Shown here piece after piece: positions 42,643 through 53,906 of a stretch of DNA of 54,957 nt (position 1 is the first letter of the stretch; every line of letters begins with the position of its first letter). This DNA is from an uncultured Thermoplasmatales archaeon. GTDB taxonomy: Archaea; Thermoplasmatota; E2; UBA202; DSCA01. The stretch lies in contig CAZESS010000015.1 in assembly GCA_964514975.1 (NCBI GenBank), positions 1 through 54,957 on the forward strand, given 5' to 3'. The notes below the pieces were generated by a model that did not search any database, had not been told where the DNA came from, and saw only the letters and a program-made list of their open reading frames with translations. The position numbers and the translations under genes were made by a program.

Positions 42643-43332
42643 ATGAACATCGGCTCGGCGCTGCTTCCCATCGGCATCATCCCGGCGCTGTTCATCCTGT
42701 ATTTCACGCTGGGCGGCTACGAGGAAAAGTTCCAGGATAAATACATTTTTTTGACGTTTCTGGGCGGCATCGGGATGGGCACGCTGGTATATGCGCTGGA
42801 GATATGGTTTCTGACGGCCTTTCAGGGGGTGGTGCTCGGCGTGGTGGACACGATGCTGCTGTTTCCGCTGTTTCTGTCGTTTTTTGAGCATCTCGCCAAG
42901 CTGGTGGTGCTCAACCTCCCCCGTTTCCAGAAGGACGAGGGCGTCGTTTTGTATGGCGCGTCGCTGGGCCTTGGCTTTGCCTCTGTTGCAGGCGTCATCG
43001 TGACGCAGCAGGTGGACTCGCTGTTTTCGGTGGAGGGCGGCTACCGGGCGCTGCTGGCCGTCGGGATGCTGCTGCTGAGCTGCGCGACGGGCATGTGGCT
43101 CGGCGTCGGCGTGGCGATGCGGCGGCGGATGCGCTATCTGGGGCTGGCGACCCTGGGGGGCATGGTGATGTGGCCGCTGGTGCTGTATCGTGCATCGCCG
43201 TATGCGCCGGGGATCGCCATCGTCTATGGCCTGCTGGTGTACCTGTACACCCGGGGTAGCATCCGGCCCTATCTCCTGGGCAGGCAGGCATTGAAGGAGG
43301 CCTACCGGCAGCCCTGGTGGCGACGGCTCTAG
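42643..43332 (+). CDS. PrsW-like polytopic membrane protein with degenerate catalytic motifs
   Basis: About 7 TM helices. FEHLAK and YGASLGLGFA resemble PrsW EExxK and GLGFAxxEN. Start moved to ATG 42643. Confidence 0.6.
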   Translation: MNIGSALLPIGIIPALFILYFTLGGYEEKFQDKYIFLTFLGGIGMGTLVYALEIWFLTAFQGVVLGVVDTMLLFPLFLSFFEHLAKLVVLNLPRFQKDEGVVLYGASLGLGFASVAGVIVTQQVDSLFSVEGGYRALLAVGMLLLSCATGMWLGVGVAMRRRMRYLGLATLGGMVMWPLVLYRASPYAPGIAIVYGLLVYLYTRGSIRPYLLGRQALKEAYRQPWWRRL

Positions 43333-43515
43333 CGGCTGCATGGGACGACGGCAGCTAGGTGTTGCACCTGGCGACTTTCGGCTTGCCTCCTTCCTGCTGC
43401 TGGAGCATGTTTGCAGGGCTATCCGGTGTTGAGGTATCGACCCGAGGTGTCGCGGCGATGCCGGTGTAAGGAAGTTTTAAATATCCATTGTATCATTCTT
43501 ACATAGGCTGATAGG

Positions 43516-44379
43516 ATGGCTGAGACGGTCATGTATGGGAAAGATGTGGAACAGTTGAAACATACCTTTCAACGGGTTTTGTCCGAGCTTGATTCGATGG
43601 AGGAGGGCTCCCAGAAGGAGCAGGAGATGTTCGAGCGGATGAAAGAGCTCATCGACGTCAAAAAAATCGAGCGGCTGCAGCAGATGCTCGACGCGATGCA
43701 GAACAAGGCGCAGGAGGCCGAGGAGCGGGCCATCGAGGCCTACCGCGAGCAGGAGAAATGCCGCAAGGAGCTCGACCTCGAGCAGGAACGGCTGGAAAAG
43801 CTCTGGGACGCCTACAAGCGCCAGGAGGACAACCTCGCCGATATGGAGCACAAGCACCAGCGATGGCGGGAGCGCTGCGAGCAGCAGCAGAGCCAGATAG
43901 AGGAACTGCAGAAACAGGTCGCCACGCTCAAGGAGCTCGAGGAGGACCGGGAAAAGGTCGAAAAGCTCCGGGCGGAGCTCCAGGAGGAACAGGAGGCCAA
44001 GGAGGCGGCACAGCGTGAGCTCGAGCGGGTGAGCGCCGTGAAGGAGGCGCTGGAAAAGGAAAACGACGACCTGCAGCAGTACATCCCCTACAAAAAGGAG
44101 GTTGAGCAGCTGCGGAAACGGGTGCGAGAGCTCGAGCCATTGCAGGACTACGTCAAGTACAAGGAGGAGGCCGAGGAGCTCGAGCGGCAGTACAAGAAGG
44201 AGCAGGAGCGGCTGGCGAAGCTGTACCGCGTATACGAGGACCTCGAGCAGGATTTGGAGACATGCAGGGAAAAAGTCCGGCAGTGGGAGCGGTGGTTCAA
44301 GGACAACCGCGAATATGTTGACAAGGCGGCCTATGCCTTCAGCAAGTTTAAGGCACCCGAGGACCTCATGGAAGAGTAA
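43516..44379 (+). CDS. Coiled-coil protein of unknown function
   Basis: E/K/Q/R-rich heptads throughout. TATA-like TTTTAAATA at ~43475. Confidence 0.8.
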   Translation: MAETVMYGKDVEQLKHTFQRVLSELDSMEEGSQKEQEMFERMKELIDVKKIERLQQMLDAMQNKAQEAEERAIEAYREQEKCRKELDLEQERLEKLWDAYKRQEDNLADMEHKHQRWRERCEQQQSQIEELQKQVATLKELEEDREKVEKLRAELQEEQEAKEAAQRELERVSAVKEALEKENDDLQQYIPYKKEVEQLRKRVRELEPLQDYVKYKEEAEELERQYKKEQERLAKLYRVYEDLEQDLETCREKVRQWERWFKDNREYVDKAAYAFSKFKAPEDLMEE

Positions 44380-44411
44380 AGATTTTATAAACCTGTCAGA
44401 TGTAGGCATGG

Positions 44412-46280
44412 ATGCGCTCTATTGCAGAGGGTCTTGCTAAGAAGCAAAAGGAGATATCCGTTGCTGAGTTTTTCGAGCGAAACAAGCAGATCCTGGGCTT
44501 TGACACCTCGACGAGGGCACTAATCACCTCGGTGAAGGAGGCGGTCGACAACGCCCTGGACGGATGCGAGGAGGCCGGTATCCTCCCCGACGTGTTTGTC
44601 AAAATAGAGGACCTGGGCGACGACGAATACCGCCTGATCGTCGAGGATAACGGCCCGGGCATCGTCAAAAAACAGATTCCGCACGTGTTCGCCCGACTGC
44701 TGTATGGCTCCCGGTTTCATTCGCTGAAGCAGTCACGGGGGCAGCAGGGTATCGGCATCTCGGCGGCGGTGCTCTACGCGCAGCTGACGACGGGGCAGCC
44801 CGCCGTCGTGATATCCAAGGTCGGCGAGGGGTATCCCGCGCACCGCCGCCAGCTCATGATCGACACCAAGAAAAACCGGCCGGATATCATCGAGGACGAC
44901 ATGGTGCACTGGGACAAGCCGAGCGGGACGCGCATCGAGCTGTGCACCAAGGGACGATATGTTCGCAACACCAAGCATTCCATCTATGAATATCTGCGGA
45001 GCACGGCCATCGTCAACCCGCATGCCCGGATAACGCTGGTGGAGCCCGACGCCGAAAAAACCGTGTTTGAGCGGGCAACAGACACGCTGCCGGAGCAGCC
45101 GAAGGAAATCAAGCCGCATCCCTACGGCATCGAGCTCGGCACGTTCATGAAGATGGCAAAGCAGACCGACGCCCGCAAGCTGACCTCGTTCCTGAAAAAA
45201 GAGTTTTCCTCGGTCAGCCACCAGAAAGCCAAGAAAATCCTGGGGACTGCGGAGGTCGACGCATCGCTGACCCCGCAGCGCCTGACCCTGGAGCGAGCGA
45301 AGCGCATCATAAAAGCCTTCGGGCAGGTGAAACTGATGTCACCCGCCACGGACTGCCTGTCCCCCATCGGGGAACTGCTCATCAAGCGCGGGCTCCGCAA
45401 GGAAATGGAGACACTTTCCCCCGAGTTCATCGCAACCGACAAGCGAAGCCCCGCCGTGTTCTCCGGCATCCCGTTCCTCGTCGAGACTGGCGTGGTCTAC
45501 GGCGGCGACCTACCGCGCGACGAACGGGTCGAGCTGCTCCGCTTCGCCAACCGCGTGCCCCTGCTCTACCAGGAGGGCGACTGCGTTATCACCGAGGCGG
45601 TAAAGGACACCAACTGGCGGCGCTACGGCCTCCAGCAGAAGGGCGGCTCGGGGATGCCGCGCGGCCCGGCCATCATCCTGGTGCACGTGTCATCTGTCAA
45701 CATCCCGTTCACCTCGGAGTCGAAGGAGGCCATCGCCAGCGTCGAGGAGATACAGAAGGAGGTCAAGCTGTCGCTGCAGCAGTGCGGCCGGCGGATGCGC
45801 AGCCATCTGTCCAAGCAGAAAAAAAAGGAGAAGGCAAAGACCAAGTTCATCCTCATCTCGAGGATTCTTCCGAAAATAGCCGAAAAAGCGGCCGAAACCG
45901 TCGGGAAACCAACGCCGTCGATAGACGACGTCATCATCAAGATCATGGACATCGTCTGGGTTGATGATAGCATCAGCTATGACGATGGCATCACGACGGT
46001 GACCATCGACGTGACCAACTACAAGGCCAAGCCGCAGAGCTTTGCGCTCTACGCCGCGCTTCCCGACGGCGGCCTGGTCGCCGGAGCATCGCCTGAACCC
46101 GTCGGACAGGCGGAGCTCTACGTCCGCTGGAATATTTCGAAGCTCCAGCCCGCCGAAACGGTGCGGCTGTCGCTGCAGCTCGCCGAGCTCGAGGAGGGCG
46201 ACCTCGACGAGGCGGAGCTCTACGTCGAGGGCATCAACCCGGTCAACGTGATCGGCGTCGAAAAATGGGAGGGAACATAG
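44412..46280 (+). CDS. top6B: DNA topoisomerase VI subunit B
   Basis: Motifs [48 protein letters not shown] and PFTSESKEA. Confidence 0.98.
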   Translation: MRSIAEGLAKKQKEISVAEFFERNKQILGFDTSTRALITSVKEAVDNALDGCEEAGILPDVFVKIEDLGDDEYRLIVEDNGPGIVKKQIPHVFARLLYGSRFHSLKQSRGQQGIGISAAVLYAQLTTGQPAVVISKVGEGYPAHRRQLMIDTKKNRPDIIEDDMVHWDKPSGTRIELCTKGRYVRNTKHSIYEYLRSTAIVNPHARITLVEPDAEKTVFERATDTLPEQPKEIKPHPYGIELGTFMKMAKQTDARKLTSFLKKEFSSVSHQKAKKILGTAEVDASLTPQRLTLERAKRIIKAFGQVKLMSPATDCLSPIGELLIKRGLRKEMETLSPEFIATDKRSPAVFSGIPFLVETGVVYGGDLPRDERVELLRFANRVPLLYQEGDCVITEAVKDTNWRRYGLQQKGGSGMPRGPAIILVHVSSVNIPFTSESKEAIASVEEIQKEVKLSLQQCGRRMRSHLSKQKKKEKAKTKFILISRILPKIAEKAAETVGKPTPSIDDVIIKIMDIVWVDDSISYDDGITTVTIDVTNYKAKPQSFALYAALPDGGLVAGASPEPVGQAELYVRWNISKLQPAETVRLSLQLAELEEGDLDEAELYVEGINPVNVIGVEKWEGT

Positions 46281-46281
46281 C

Positions 46282-47376
46282 ATGGAAAAGCGAAAGCAGG
46301 CGGCCATCAGGGAGATGAAAAAGGTGGCCGAGGAGATATATGACGACCTCGATGGCAAACAGATTCCGGAGCTCGAGGTGCCCTCGCGGACCAAGTCCAA
46401 CATCGAGTTCGACGAGCGGCATGGCGTCTGGAAATACGGTAGCAACGTGACGACGAGGAGCGCAACCTCGCTGTCGGGCGCGCAGATGCTGCTCCGCACC
46501 ATCTACACCATCAACTTCATCAAGGACATGATAGAGGACGGCAAGTCGTCGACATTGCGGGAGCTCTACTACATCTCGGAGGGATGGGAGGAGGGCAAGT
46601 TTTCGTCGCAGAACGACTCCGACAAGCTGGCCGAAGACCTTGAAATCCTGACGGAGCATCTCCGCGAGGACATGAGCCTCCGCCCGGAGGAGGACGGCGC
46701 CAGGGTGATGGGCGACCTCGTCGTGGAAGAAATCACCCGGAAGGGAGAAAAGCGGCGTATCCACTGCCAGGATGATGTGGGCGACAGCGGCTATTCGATT
46801 CCCTACAACGTCGAGAAAGAAAAAGTCAAAATCAGGGAGACCGGCGCCAGCCTGGTGATGGCCGTGGAAACCGGCGGTATGTTCGACCGACTCGTTGAAA
46901 ACGGCTTCGACGAATCGACGGGGACCATCCTGGTGCATCTCAAGGGACAGCCCGCTCGTTCAACGAGGCGCTTCATCAAGCGGCTGAACGAGGAACACAA
47001 GCTGCCCGTCTTGGTGTTCACCGATGGCGACCCCTGGAGCTACCGGATTTTCGCATCGGTCGCCTATGGCGCCATCAAAACAGCGCATATCTCCGAGTAT
47101 CTGGCAACGCCATCGGCGGAATACCTCGGGGTGACACCGTCGGACATCCACAACTATGAACTGCCGACGGATGACCTGACGCAGGGCGACATCTCCGCGC
47201 TGCAGTCCGAGCTCTCCGACCCCAGGTTCAACGATGATTTCTGGAAAAACGAGATAAAGCTCCAGCTCAGGATGAAAAAGAAGTCGGAGCAGCAGGCCCT
47301 CGCCAAATATGGCCTCGACTATGTCACCGACACCTATCTCCCGGAGAAGCTCGCGGAGATGGGCTACGACATCTGA
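46282..47376 (+). CDS. top6A: DNA topoisomerase VI subunit A (Spo11-like)
   Basis: TLRELYY (catalytic Tyr), [13 protein letters not shown] and KSEQQAL. Confidence 0.98.
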   Translation: MEKRKQAAIREMKKVAEEIYDDLDGKQIPELEVPSRTKSNIEFDERHGVWKYGSNVTTRSATSLSGAQMLLRTIYTINFIKDMIEDGKSSTLRELYYISEGWEEGKFSSQNDSDKLAEDLEILTEHLREDMSLRPEEDGARVMGDLVVEEITRKGEKRRIHCQDDVGDSGYSIPYNVEKEKVKIRETGASLVMAVETGGMFDRLVENGFDESTGTILVHLKGQPARSTRRFIKRLNEEHKLPVLVFTDGDPWSYRIFASVAYGAIKTAHISEYLATPSAEYLGVTPSDIHNYELPTDDLTQGDISALQSELSDPRFNDDFWKNEIKLQLRMKKKSEQQALAKYGLDYVTDTYLPEKLAEMGYDI

Positions 47377-49076
47377 GCCATGTTTTTGGGCGCCCGGAAA
47401 TGCAGTATGCCGCCGATGAGCAGCAGCACGCCGGCCAGTATGAGCAGGAACAACCCGGCGCCCGGCCCCCAGTCAAGATGAACGGTTCCGTATTCTGGCA
47501 GCGTCAGCGATGTCGTGCCGCCCAGCGGCCGCGAGGAAAGCGTCGAAAGGATTTCCTCCATGTCCCCCGACGTGCTTTCTGGGACGCCGGCATCCTCGAG
47601 GTAAAATGCCAGCATCTGGAGCGACATGACCGCGGCGAGGATGAGCACGACCGGCACCCAGAACCTGACGGCACGGGAAACATAGCGTCGTCCGGCGCGA
47701 TGGCGCCCGGCGCCGATGGTACCCAGCACGAACAGCAGGATGCCCGCACCGACGATGAGTGAGAACGCTATCGGGATGGCCCCGATTTGTATCATGCCGC
47801 TGTTTTCCTCGAGGAGATTGACCTGGAAGCCCTCGATGCCGTCGATGGGCAGGATGTCAACCGCGCCGGGCGTGCTGAAGTCCCCGGCGTCGATGTCGGC
47901 AGCCACGGTGTACCAGGGAAAGAAGAGCGCCGCGATGCCGATGATGATACCGGCGACGGCGAGCAGGTTGCCCACGCTGCGGATATTCAGGCCGTCTATC
48001 CTGAGGAGCGAGGTGTACGGGCTGTGGAGCTCATCGCGGCGGTGTCGACGATAGATGATCATGGCGGCGATTGCCACGGCGACGGCGAACAACGCGATAA
48101 ATATGAGGGTGAAATGGTAAAAGATCCAGTCAAACGACAGCATCATGCCGTTGAGCGACGGCAGCGAATCGCCCCATTCGACACCGGCCCACATGTCGCC
48201 GTTGTCCCTGAAGGCGGGGCCGGGCGGTCCGCGCTTGCCCCGGACCTCGTCATCTGCATCGCCGTAGTCACCCCAGCGTCCACCGTAGTCGAGCCAGTTT
48301 TGCCCTGCATCGTGGTTGCCCGCACCTGTCTCGCCGAGCATGACCAGGGTGTAGTCCCCATGCGCGAGAGTGTCGCCGTTTTTGCCGACGTGGTCGCTGG
48401 CCAGCCCGAGCAGTCCCTGGTAGGAGCGGAAGTAGTTGGCGTGGCTGCCCCGGGCGACGTAGACATGGGGATATGTGTCGCTCCGGTCGACCTGGCTCCA
48501 TGATGCACGCTGTCCGTGGAGATGCTGGCTGTACATCGCCTCGACCGGCTCACCGGCGCCGTCGAGCACGACCTGTATCATCTCCCAGTCGCCCTCGTGG
48601 GTGTTGAGTGTACCCGTGTTGAAGGCATAGAAAAACCAGTACTGCACGATGGTGCCCTCGCCTCCAGGGAATACATGGGCGTAGACGACGGGTTCATGTG
48701 TCTCGGCATATGTTTTGTAGTCGTCGACGATGCGCGTGTCATTGATGGTGCCCATGCGGTTGTCGAGATAGTAGGTGCCGACGGCATATGCGCCGAGCGA
48801 CTCTGCTGTCGGCGTCGCGGTTATCAACGTCGAGGTGGCGCCGTCGCTGCGGTTGAGATTCGCATTGGCGAGATGATAGTCAATGGCGACCGGAAAGAGC
48901 TCCTCGCTTCGCTCGAAAAAGAGACGGGGCGCATAGGTTTCCGCCATCTGCTGCTCATCTGCGTCGTCCAGCCCGTCGTTGTCCATGTCGGCGGCGGTTG
49001 CGCTCTGCATCAACATGATACAGCACGCCACGGCAGCCGCCACAAGAAAAAGGCGCTTGAACGCCATAGGTGACAT
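47364..49076 (-). CDS. Membrane protein with extracellular Vps62/NPP1-like domain and C-terminal TM helices
   Basis: Signal peptide, [46 protein letters not shown], then about 5 TM segments. Confidence 0.75.
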   Translation of the reverse strand: MSPMAFKRLFLVAAAVACCIMLMQSATAADMDNDGLDDADEQQMAETYAPRLFFERSEELFPVAIDYHLANANLNRSDGATSTLITATPTAESLGAYAVGTYYLDNRMGTINDTRIVDDYKTYAETHEPVVYAHVFPGGEGTIVQYWFFYAFNTGTLNTHEGDWEMIQVVLDGAGEPVEAMYSQHLHGQRASWSQVDRSDTYPHVYVARGSHANYFRSYQGLLGLASDHVGKNGDTLAHGDYTLVMLGETGAGNHDAGQNWLDYGGRWGDYGDADDEVRGKRGPPGPAFRDNGDMWAGVEWGDSLPSLNGMMLSFDWIFYHFTLIFIALFAVAVAIAAMIIYRRHRRDELHSPYTSLLRIDGLNIRSVGNLLAVAGIIIGIAALFFPWYTVAADIDAGDFSTPGAVDILPIDGIEGFQVNLLEENSGMIQIGAIPIAFSLIVGAGILLFVLGTIGAGRHRAGRRYVSRAVRFWVPVVLILAAVMSLQMLAFYLEDAGVPESTSGDMEEILSTLSSRPLGGTTSLTLPEYGTVHLDWGPGAGLFLLILAGVLLLIGGILHFRAPKNMAQMS

Positions 49077-49128
49077 GCTCCTTCCCCGGTGTATCTCCTG
49101 TTCGCTATTTAAATATATCTAAAAGATG

Positions 49129-50733
49129 CTATTCGACGTGGACGTGCACGACGGGGCTGTACCACCAGAGCCGACCCTGCACTTCTTCCAGGCCATCGGT
49201 GCCCTGCCGCGCCTCATAAAAATCGGGGTCGGTACGCTCCTTCACCAGCCGGAGATACGGGTCGCTGCCGTAGAAGAGGCGGGCGTGCGGCGTGCCGTAG
49301 CGCTGGTCGACCTGTGCCTTCGCCACCACGTAGTAGTCGCCGGGCTGGTCGAAGGATAGGGTGGCGCTGTACGTCATCCCCTGGGTGCTGCCGTTCATGG
49401 CGTTGTGCCAGCCGGTCCCGCCCCGCCAGTCGCCCGCATGCCTGTCGTGGTCCTCCGAGGTGTGGCTGTAGTTGCTGATGGGATCAGGGTCGCTGCCCCA
49501 GTGGAGCATGGTGTGGTCGACGACGAGGCTGCCGTTGACCTGCCATCGAAAGGTATGGGTGCCCGGCTCCGCATGTTCATCGGGCATGGCAGTCCACCGG
49601 ACGTATGGCTGCGCCAGGTCTATCTGGTGGAGGAGGTAGCGCCGTATTTCCATGCCGAAGCCCAGCGCTGTGTCGTTGCCGAGGAGCTCCCACCGGTTGA
49701 TGTGCTTTTCGTAGTCGTAGACCTCGTAGAGGTGCCACATGATGCCCGCACCGGGGTAGCCGCCGTTGGCTTCGTCGTTGACGTAGCGGTCCTCCCGCGG
49801 GTTGGACGCAACATCCGAGCCGTAGGCCCAGCAGACCAGGGCGCCGTCGATGCTGTCAACGAAGCTCGTTATCGGCCCGACGTCCCAGCCAGCGAGGTCG
49901 CCGCCGAAGTCGCCGAGGTAGTCTGCCGCGCGGACCGAGGCCGCGTCGTAGAAATAAAAGTCGGGTGGCGCGTAGTTGTACGGCGTCCAGGTTATCGGGC
50001 TCACGCCCTTGACCAGCCAGTGTGAATTGAACCACGGATACATGAGCTTCCGCAGACCTTCATGGAAGTCGCAGCCCACCCGGACGGTGTGGTTGTTGAC
50101 GAAGCGCACCAACGTTTTGCCGGGCACGGAGCGCCAGCAGGAGGGCGGCCCCCATTCGCCCGGGCCGTTGTAGTCCGCCTCCCGGTTCAAATCCCAGCCG
50201 TTGTGGTCCCACCGCCGGTTGTGGTCGAAGGCCCAGGGGTTGTGACTTATCTCGATGTATATCTCACGGTGGTCTATCAGCCAGCGGAGCCATGCTTTGT
50301 CGTAGCCGGGGCAGGGCTCGTCGGTATACGCCATGCGCATCAGCCAGTCGGTGAACCAGTAGAGGCAGGTGGTGCCAATTTTTTCGACGCCGTGCGGGCT
50401 ACCGAGAAACAGCGCCTCCGGCTTATCCGGTCCGCGGCTTTCGTTGGTGATGCGGACATACCAGCAGTCGTAGCCGCCTGCGATGCGCCCGGTGCCATAG
50501 AGCTCGTTGGCCTTGAACGTTTCCAGGAAACCGGGAAACCGCTGCTCGAGCGCACGGTACCAGCCGACCAGCTGCGAATAGTTCCGGGCAAAGGTGTAAC
50601 CGTCCGGGCCGGCCGTCGCCGGTGCAGCCGGAAAAGATGTAGACTGCTCCACACGCTGCTGCCCGATATGCTGCGCGGATGGCATCCCGATCAGCAGCGC
50701 CATGGCAAGCACCGCCACAATCGCCTTTCGCAC
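49129..50733 (-). CDS. Secreted M14-family zinc carboxypeptidase
   Basis: Start GTG 50733 with signal peptide. Motifs HGVE (HxxE), NP, DLNR, DFH and YPW. Confidence 0.8.
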   Translation of the reverse strand: MRKAIVAVLAMALLIGMPSAQHIGQQRVEQSTSFPAAPATAGPDGYTFARNYSQLVGWYRALEQRFPGFLETFKANELYGTGRIAGGYDCWYVRITNESRGPDKPEALFLGSPHGVEKIGTTCLYWFTDWLMRMAYTDEPCPGYDKAWLRWLIDHREIYIEISHNPWAFDHNRRWDHNGWDLNREADYNGPGEWGPPSCWRSVPGKTLVRFVNNHTVRVGCDFHEGLRKLMYPWFNSHWLVKGVSPITWTPYNYAPPDFYFYDAASVRAADYLGDFGGDLAGWDVGPITSFVDSIDGALVCWAYGSDVASNPREDRYVNDEANGGYPGAGIMWHLYEVYDYEKHINRWELLGNDTALGFGMEIRRYLLHQIDLAQPYVRWTAMPDEHAEPGTHTFRWQVNGSLVVDHTMLHWGSDPDPISNYSHTSEDHDRHAGDWRGGTGWHNAMNGSTQGMTYSATLSFDQPGDYYVVAKAQVDQRYGTPHARLFYGSDPYLRLVKERTDPDFYEARQGTDGLEEVQGRLWWYSPVVHVHVE

Positions 50734-50807
50734 ATCGGCACATCCAGCAATGCAACATAAGTGTTTCCATACCACGCCATATATAAAGCAGGTGATGTTA
50801 TCGCGAT

Positions 50808-51326
50808 GTGCAGCCATCGTATCGTCTGCTGGCCTACCATCTCGACCAGGACGACCCCCGGAAGTGCAGCGCCCGGCGGCTGGCACAGTTCGACCTCGCT
50901 ATCCTTGTCACCTCGCGGCGTGATCTCCCTCGCAGCGGGGTGCTCCTCGACCCACGGGCCGACAAGGCATTGTCGTCAGAGGATGCAGGGTGCGGTGCCA
51001 TCGTCGCCGTGGACTGCTCCTGGAAAAAAGCCGGGGAGGTATTCGGGTCGCTGCAGCGTCGGATGCCCTCGCGTGCATTGCCGTTTCTGGTGCCCGCCAA
51101 CCCGGTCAACTATGGAAAGCCCACACGGCTGTCGACGGCTGAGGCGTTCGCCGCCGCATTGCACATCCTCGGCGACGTGGTGGGCGCCGAGCTGGTGATG
51201 TCGAAGTTCAAATGGGGGCAACATTTTTTGGAGCTCAACCGGCAGCCACTGGAGGATTACCGCCGGGCCACGTGCAGCGCCGAGGTCGTCGAGATGATGC
51301 AGTGGTATCTGCCCGTGGATGATTAA
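50808..51326 (+). CDS. tsr3: rRNA aminocarboxypropyltransferase Tsr3
   Basis: Motifs [34 protein letters not shown] and FKWG. Confidence 0.95.
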   Translation: MQPSYRLLAYHLDQDDPRKCSARRLAQFDLAILVTSRRDLPRSGVLLDPRADKALSSEDAGCGAIVAVDCSWKKAGEVFGSLQRRMPSRALPFLVPANPVNYGKPTRLSTAEAFAAALHILGDVVGAELVMSKFKWGQHFLELNRQPLEDYRRATCSAEVVEMMQWYLPVDD

Positions 51327-51364
51327 AGGTTAAAAAACCGCAACGGATATACTGTTGTGATAAC

Positions 51365-51856
51365 ATGGAAATCAAAGAGATAGCGATAGAAAAGCCAGAT
51401 GACATGAACTTCATCCTGGGACAGTCGCATTTCATCAAAACCGTGGAGGACCTCTACGAGGCGCTGGTCAACGTCCCCGGCGCCCGGTTTGGCCTTGCGT
51501 TCTGCGAGGCATCCGGCCCCCGCCTGGTCAGGGCGGACGGCAACGACGAAAAACTGCAGCAGCTTGCCGTCGACAACGCCAGGCATATCGGCGCCGGTCA
51601 TTCCTTCATCGTTTTCCTGGACGACTGTTTCCCCATCAGCGTGCTCAACGCCATAAAAAACGTGCCCGAGGTCTGCCGTATTTTTTGCGCCACGGCAAAT
51701 CCAACAAGGGTTATAGTGGTGAAGAGCGACATCCACGGCGAGACAGGCCGGGGTATCCTGGGCGTCATCGACGGCTACGCTCCGGCAGGCGTCGAGGACG
51801 AGGAGGACGTGGCGGAGCGCACGGAGTTTTTGCGTTCCATCGGCTACAAGCGCTAG
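51365..51856 (+). CDS. Adenosine-specific kinase / AMP-binding family protein (DUF355)
   Basis: Motifs [31 protein letters not shown] and GILGVIDG. Confidence 0.9.
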   Translation: MEIKEIAIEKPDDMNFILGQSHFIKTVEDLYEALVNVPGARFGLAFCEASGPRLVRADGNDEKLQQLAVDNARHIGAGHSFIVFLDDCFPISVLNAIKNVPEVCRIFCATANPTRVIVVKSDIHGETGRGILGVIDGYAPAGVEDEEDVAERTEFLRSIGYKR

Positions 51857-52821
51857 TATCGCAGCTCCAGGTCGGGCAGCTCGACGCCTGTACCCTCGGT
51901 GACATGCCCAACGATTTTGGCGTCCATATCGGAATGGCGGGCCAGCATGTCGAGGGTGCTGTCGGCGTCTGCCGGCTCGACGACCAGGGCGAGGCCCATG
52001 CCCATGTTTAAGGTCTGGTACATCTCCCGGTCGGCGACGTTCCCGAGTTCCTGAACGACCTGGAAGACGTGCTGCGGCTCGAACGGGTCGTCGATGGAGA
52101 AGCAGACCTCGCTGGAGAGACGCTTGAGGTTGCGGAGACCGCCGCCGGTGACATGTGAGATGCCCCTGACGTCGATTTCGTCCCACAAAGCCAGGGTTTC
52201 CCGGACGTAGATACTGGTGGGCTCAAGCAGCACGTCGCCGATTGCCTCCCGGGTGCCGGGGAGGGTATCGTGGTAGCCGTAGCCGTTTTCGGTGAACACC
52301 TTCCGGGCGAGCGTGTAGCCATTGGAGTGAAGGCCGCTGCTCCGCAGCCCGATGATGACGTCGCCCGGCCCGATGTCGCCCGGGAGTTCATGCTCGACGA
52401 CTCCGACGCATGTTCCGGCGAGGTCGAAGCCCCTGATGACCTCTGGCAGGGTGGCGGTTTCGCCGCCCACGATGGGAATGCCGGCCTGGTCGGCGGCGCG
52501 GCGCAGTCCACGGGCGATGGCCGCCGCCTTCTGTTCATCTGTCTGTTCCATGGCGAGGTAGTCGACGAATGCCAGGGGGCGGGCACCCATGCAGAGGGCG
52601 TCGTTGACGTTCATGGCCATGCAGTCGATGCCCACGGTGTCCCACCGCCGCATTATATCGGCGACGATGACCTTGGAGCCGACGCCGTCGGTGCACATGA
52701 CCAGGCGGTGGCCGTCGAGGTCGATGGCCTCGGTATCGCCCACCGCTGACACGATGCCGGCGACGGCCTGCTCCTCCGCGTCGATGTCGACGCCTGCCTC
52801 GGCGTAGCTCATGCGCTTCAT
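51853..52821 (-). CDS. purM: Phosphoribosylformylglycinamidine cyclo-ligase (AIR synthetase)
   Basis: Motifs [40 protein letters not shown] and NMGMG. Confidence 0.95.
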   Translation of the reverse strand: MKRMSYAEAGVDIDAEEQAVAGIVSAVGDTEAIDLDGHRLVMCTDGVGSKVIVADIMRRWDTVGIDCMAMNVNDALCMGARPLAFVDYLAMEQTDEQKAAAIARGLRRAADQAGIPIVGGETATLPEVIRGFDLAGTCVGVVEHELPGDIGPGDVIIGLRSSGLHSNGYTLARKVFTENGYGYHDTLPGTREAIGDVLLEPTSIYVRETLALWDEIDVRGISHVTGGGLRNLKRLSSEVCFSIDDPFEPQHVFQVVQELGNVADREMYQTLNMGMGLALVVEPADADSTLDMLARHSDMDAKIVGHVTEGTGVELPDLELRY

Positions 52822-52896
52822 ATGCTGACATGCCGCCGTGCCATTTATGTTTATTGCCCGCCCAAACATTTTTTATCAAATATTGCTTCAGGGTGC

Positions 52897-53808
52897 ATGC
52901 AGCTGTACATCCATTTCCTGGGCACCGGGGGGTCCTGGCCGTCGTCGCAGCGCAACGTGTCCGCCGTCGCGGTCAAGCGGGGGAGCAACGTGCTGCTGTT
53001 CGACTGCGGCGAGGGGACCCAGCGGCAGCTGCAGAAGTCGGCGCTGAGCTACATGCAGGTCGACAGCATTTTTATCACGCATTTCCATGGCGACCATTTC
53101 CTGGGGCTGCCTGGCCTGTTTCAGACATTGCAGCTCAACGACCGGCAGCGGCCGTTGCACGTCTACGGGCCACCGGGGATGGAGCGATTGGTGCAGCAGC
53201 TTTTGCACATCGGCTATTTCAAGCCCGTGTTTGACATCCATGGGCACAGCCTGCAGCCAGGCGACGAGGTACGATTTGAGGGCTACGGGGTGACCTGTCT
53301 GTCGGCGAATCACAGCGTGCCCGCCTATTCCTACTGCCTGGAGGAGGACAGCCGGCCGGGCCGGTTTCATAAGCAGCGTGCCCTTGAGCTCGGCGTTCCG
53401 GAAGGACCCCTGTTCGGACGGCTGCAGAAGGGACATCCCGTTGAGGTCGACGGCCGGACGGTGACGCCGGACATGGTGCTGGGACCGCCGCGCCCGGGGA
53501 GAAAGATATCGCTGTCGGGTGACACCGCACCCTATGACGAGTTTGTGGAGTTCGCCCGTGGGAGCGACGTGCTCATCCATGAGGCGACGGCTGATACATC
53601 CCTTGCTGAGAAGGCCAACGAGTACGGGCATTCATCGGCTCGGCAGGCCGCCGAGGTTGCTGCTGCAGCGGAGGTCGACCGGCTCTATCTTACGCATATC
53701 AGCCCGCGCTACCGGGATGCGTCGCACCTGGAGGCGGAGGCCCATGAGGTGTTCCCTGAGAGCACCGTCGCGCATGATTTCATGCAGGTCGAGGTGGAGC
53801 TGAAGTAG
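52897..53808 (+). CDS. rnz: Ribonuclease Z
   Basis: FLGTGG, FDCGEGTQ, THFHGDH, GP-rich exosite, GDT, HEAT and THISPRY. Confidence 0.97.
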   Translation: MQLYIHFLGTGGSWPSSQRNVSAVAVKRGSNVLLFDCGEGTQRQLQKSALSYMQVDSIFITHFHGDHFLGLPGLFQTLQLNDRQRPLHVYGPPGMERLVQQLLHIGYFKPVFDIHGHSLQPGDEVRFEGYGVTCLSANHSVPAYSYCLEEDSRPGRFHKQRALELGVPEGPLFGRLQKGHPVEVDGRTVTPDMVLGPPRPGRKISLSGDTAPYDEFVEFARGSDVLIHEATADTSLAEKANEYGHSSARQAAEVAAAAEVDRLYLTHISPRYRDASHLEAEAHEVFPESTVAHDFMQVEVELK

Positions 53809-53906
53809 CAGGTCGGCGGTTTCGGGGTTTCGTTTCGGTATGTATTTATAGCGATACCGGTTGTTGTACCGGGAGGCGTAGCGGGGCAAAAAGGAGAGGT
53901 ACATAC

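Noticed and set aside
43333-43470. GC-rich intergenic stretch as an ncRNA or small ORF
   Set aside because: Only a 17-codon minus-strand frame and no recognisable RNA motif, so there is not enough support.
45950-46280. C-terminal extension of Top6B as a novel fusion
   Set aside because: An Ig-like C-terminal domain is already known in some euryarchaeal Top6B proteins.
50181-50197. GGTTCAAATCCC resembling a tRNA T-loop
   Set aside because: The flanking bases do not form a 5-bp T-stem or a cloverleaf, and it lies inside the M14 peptidase gene.
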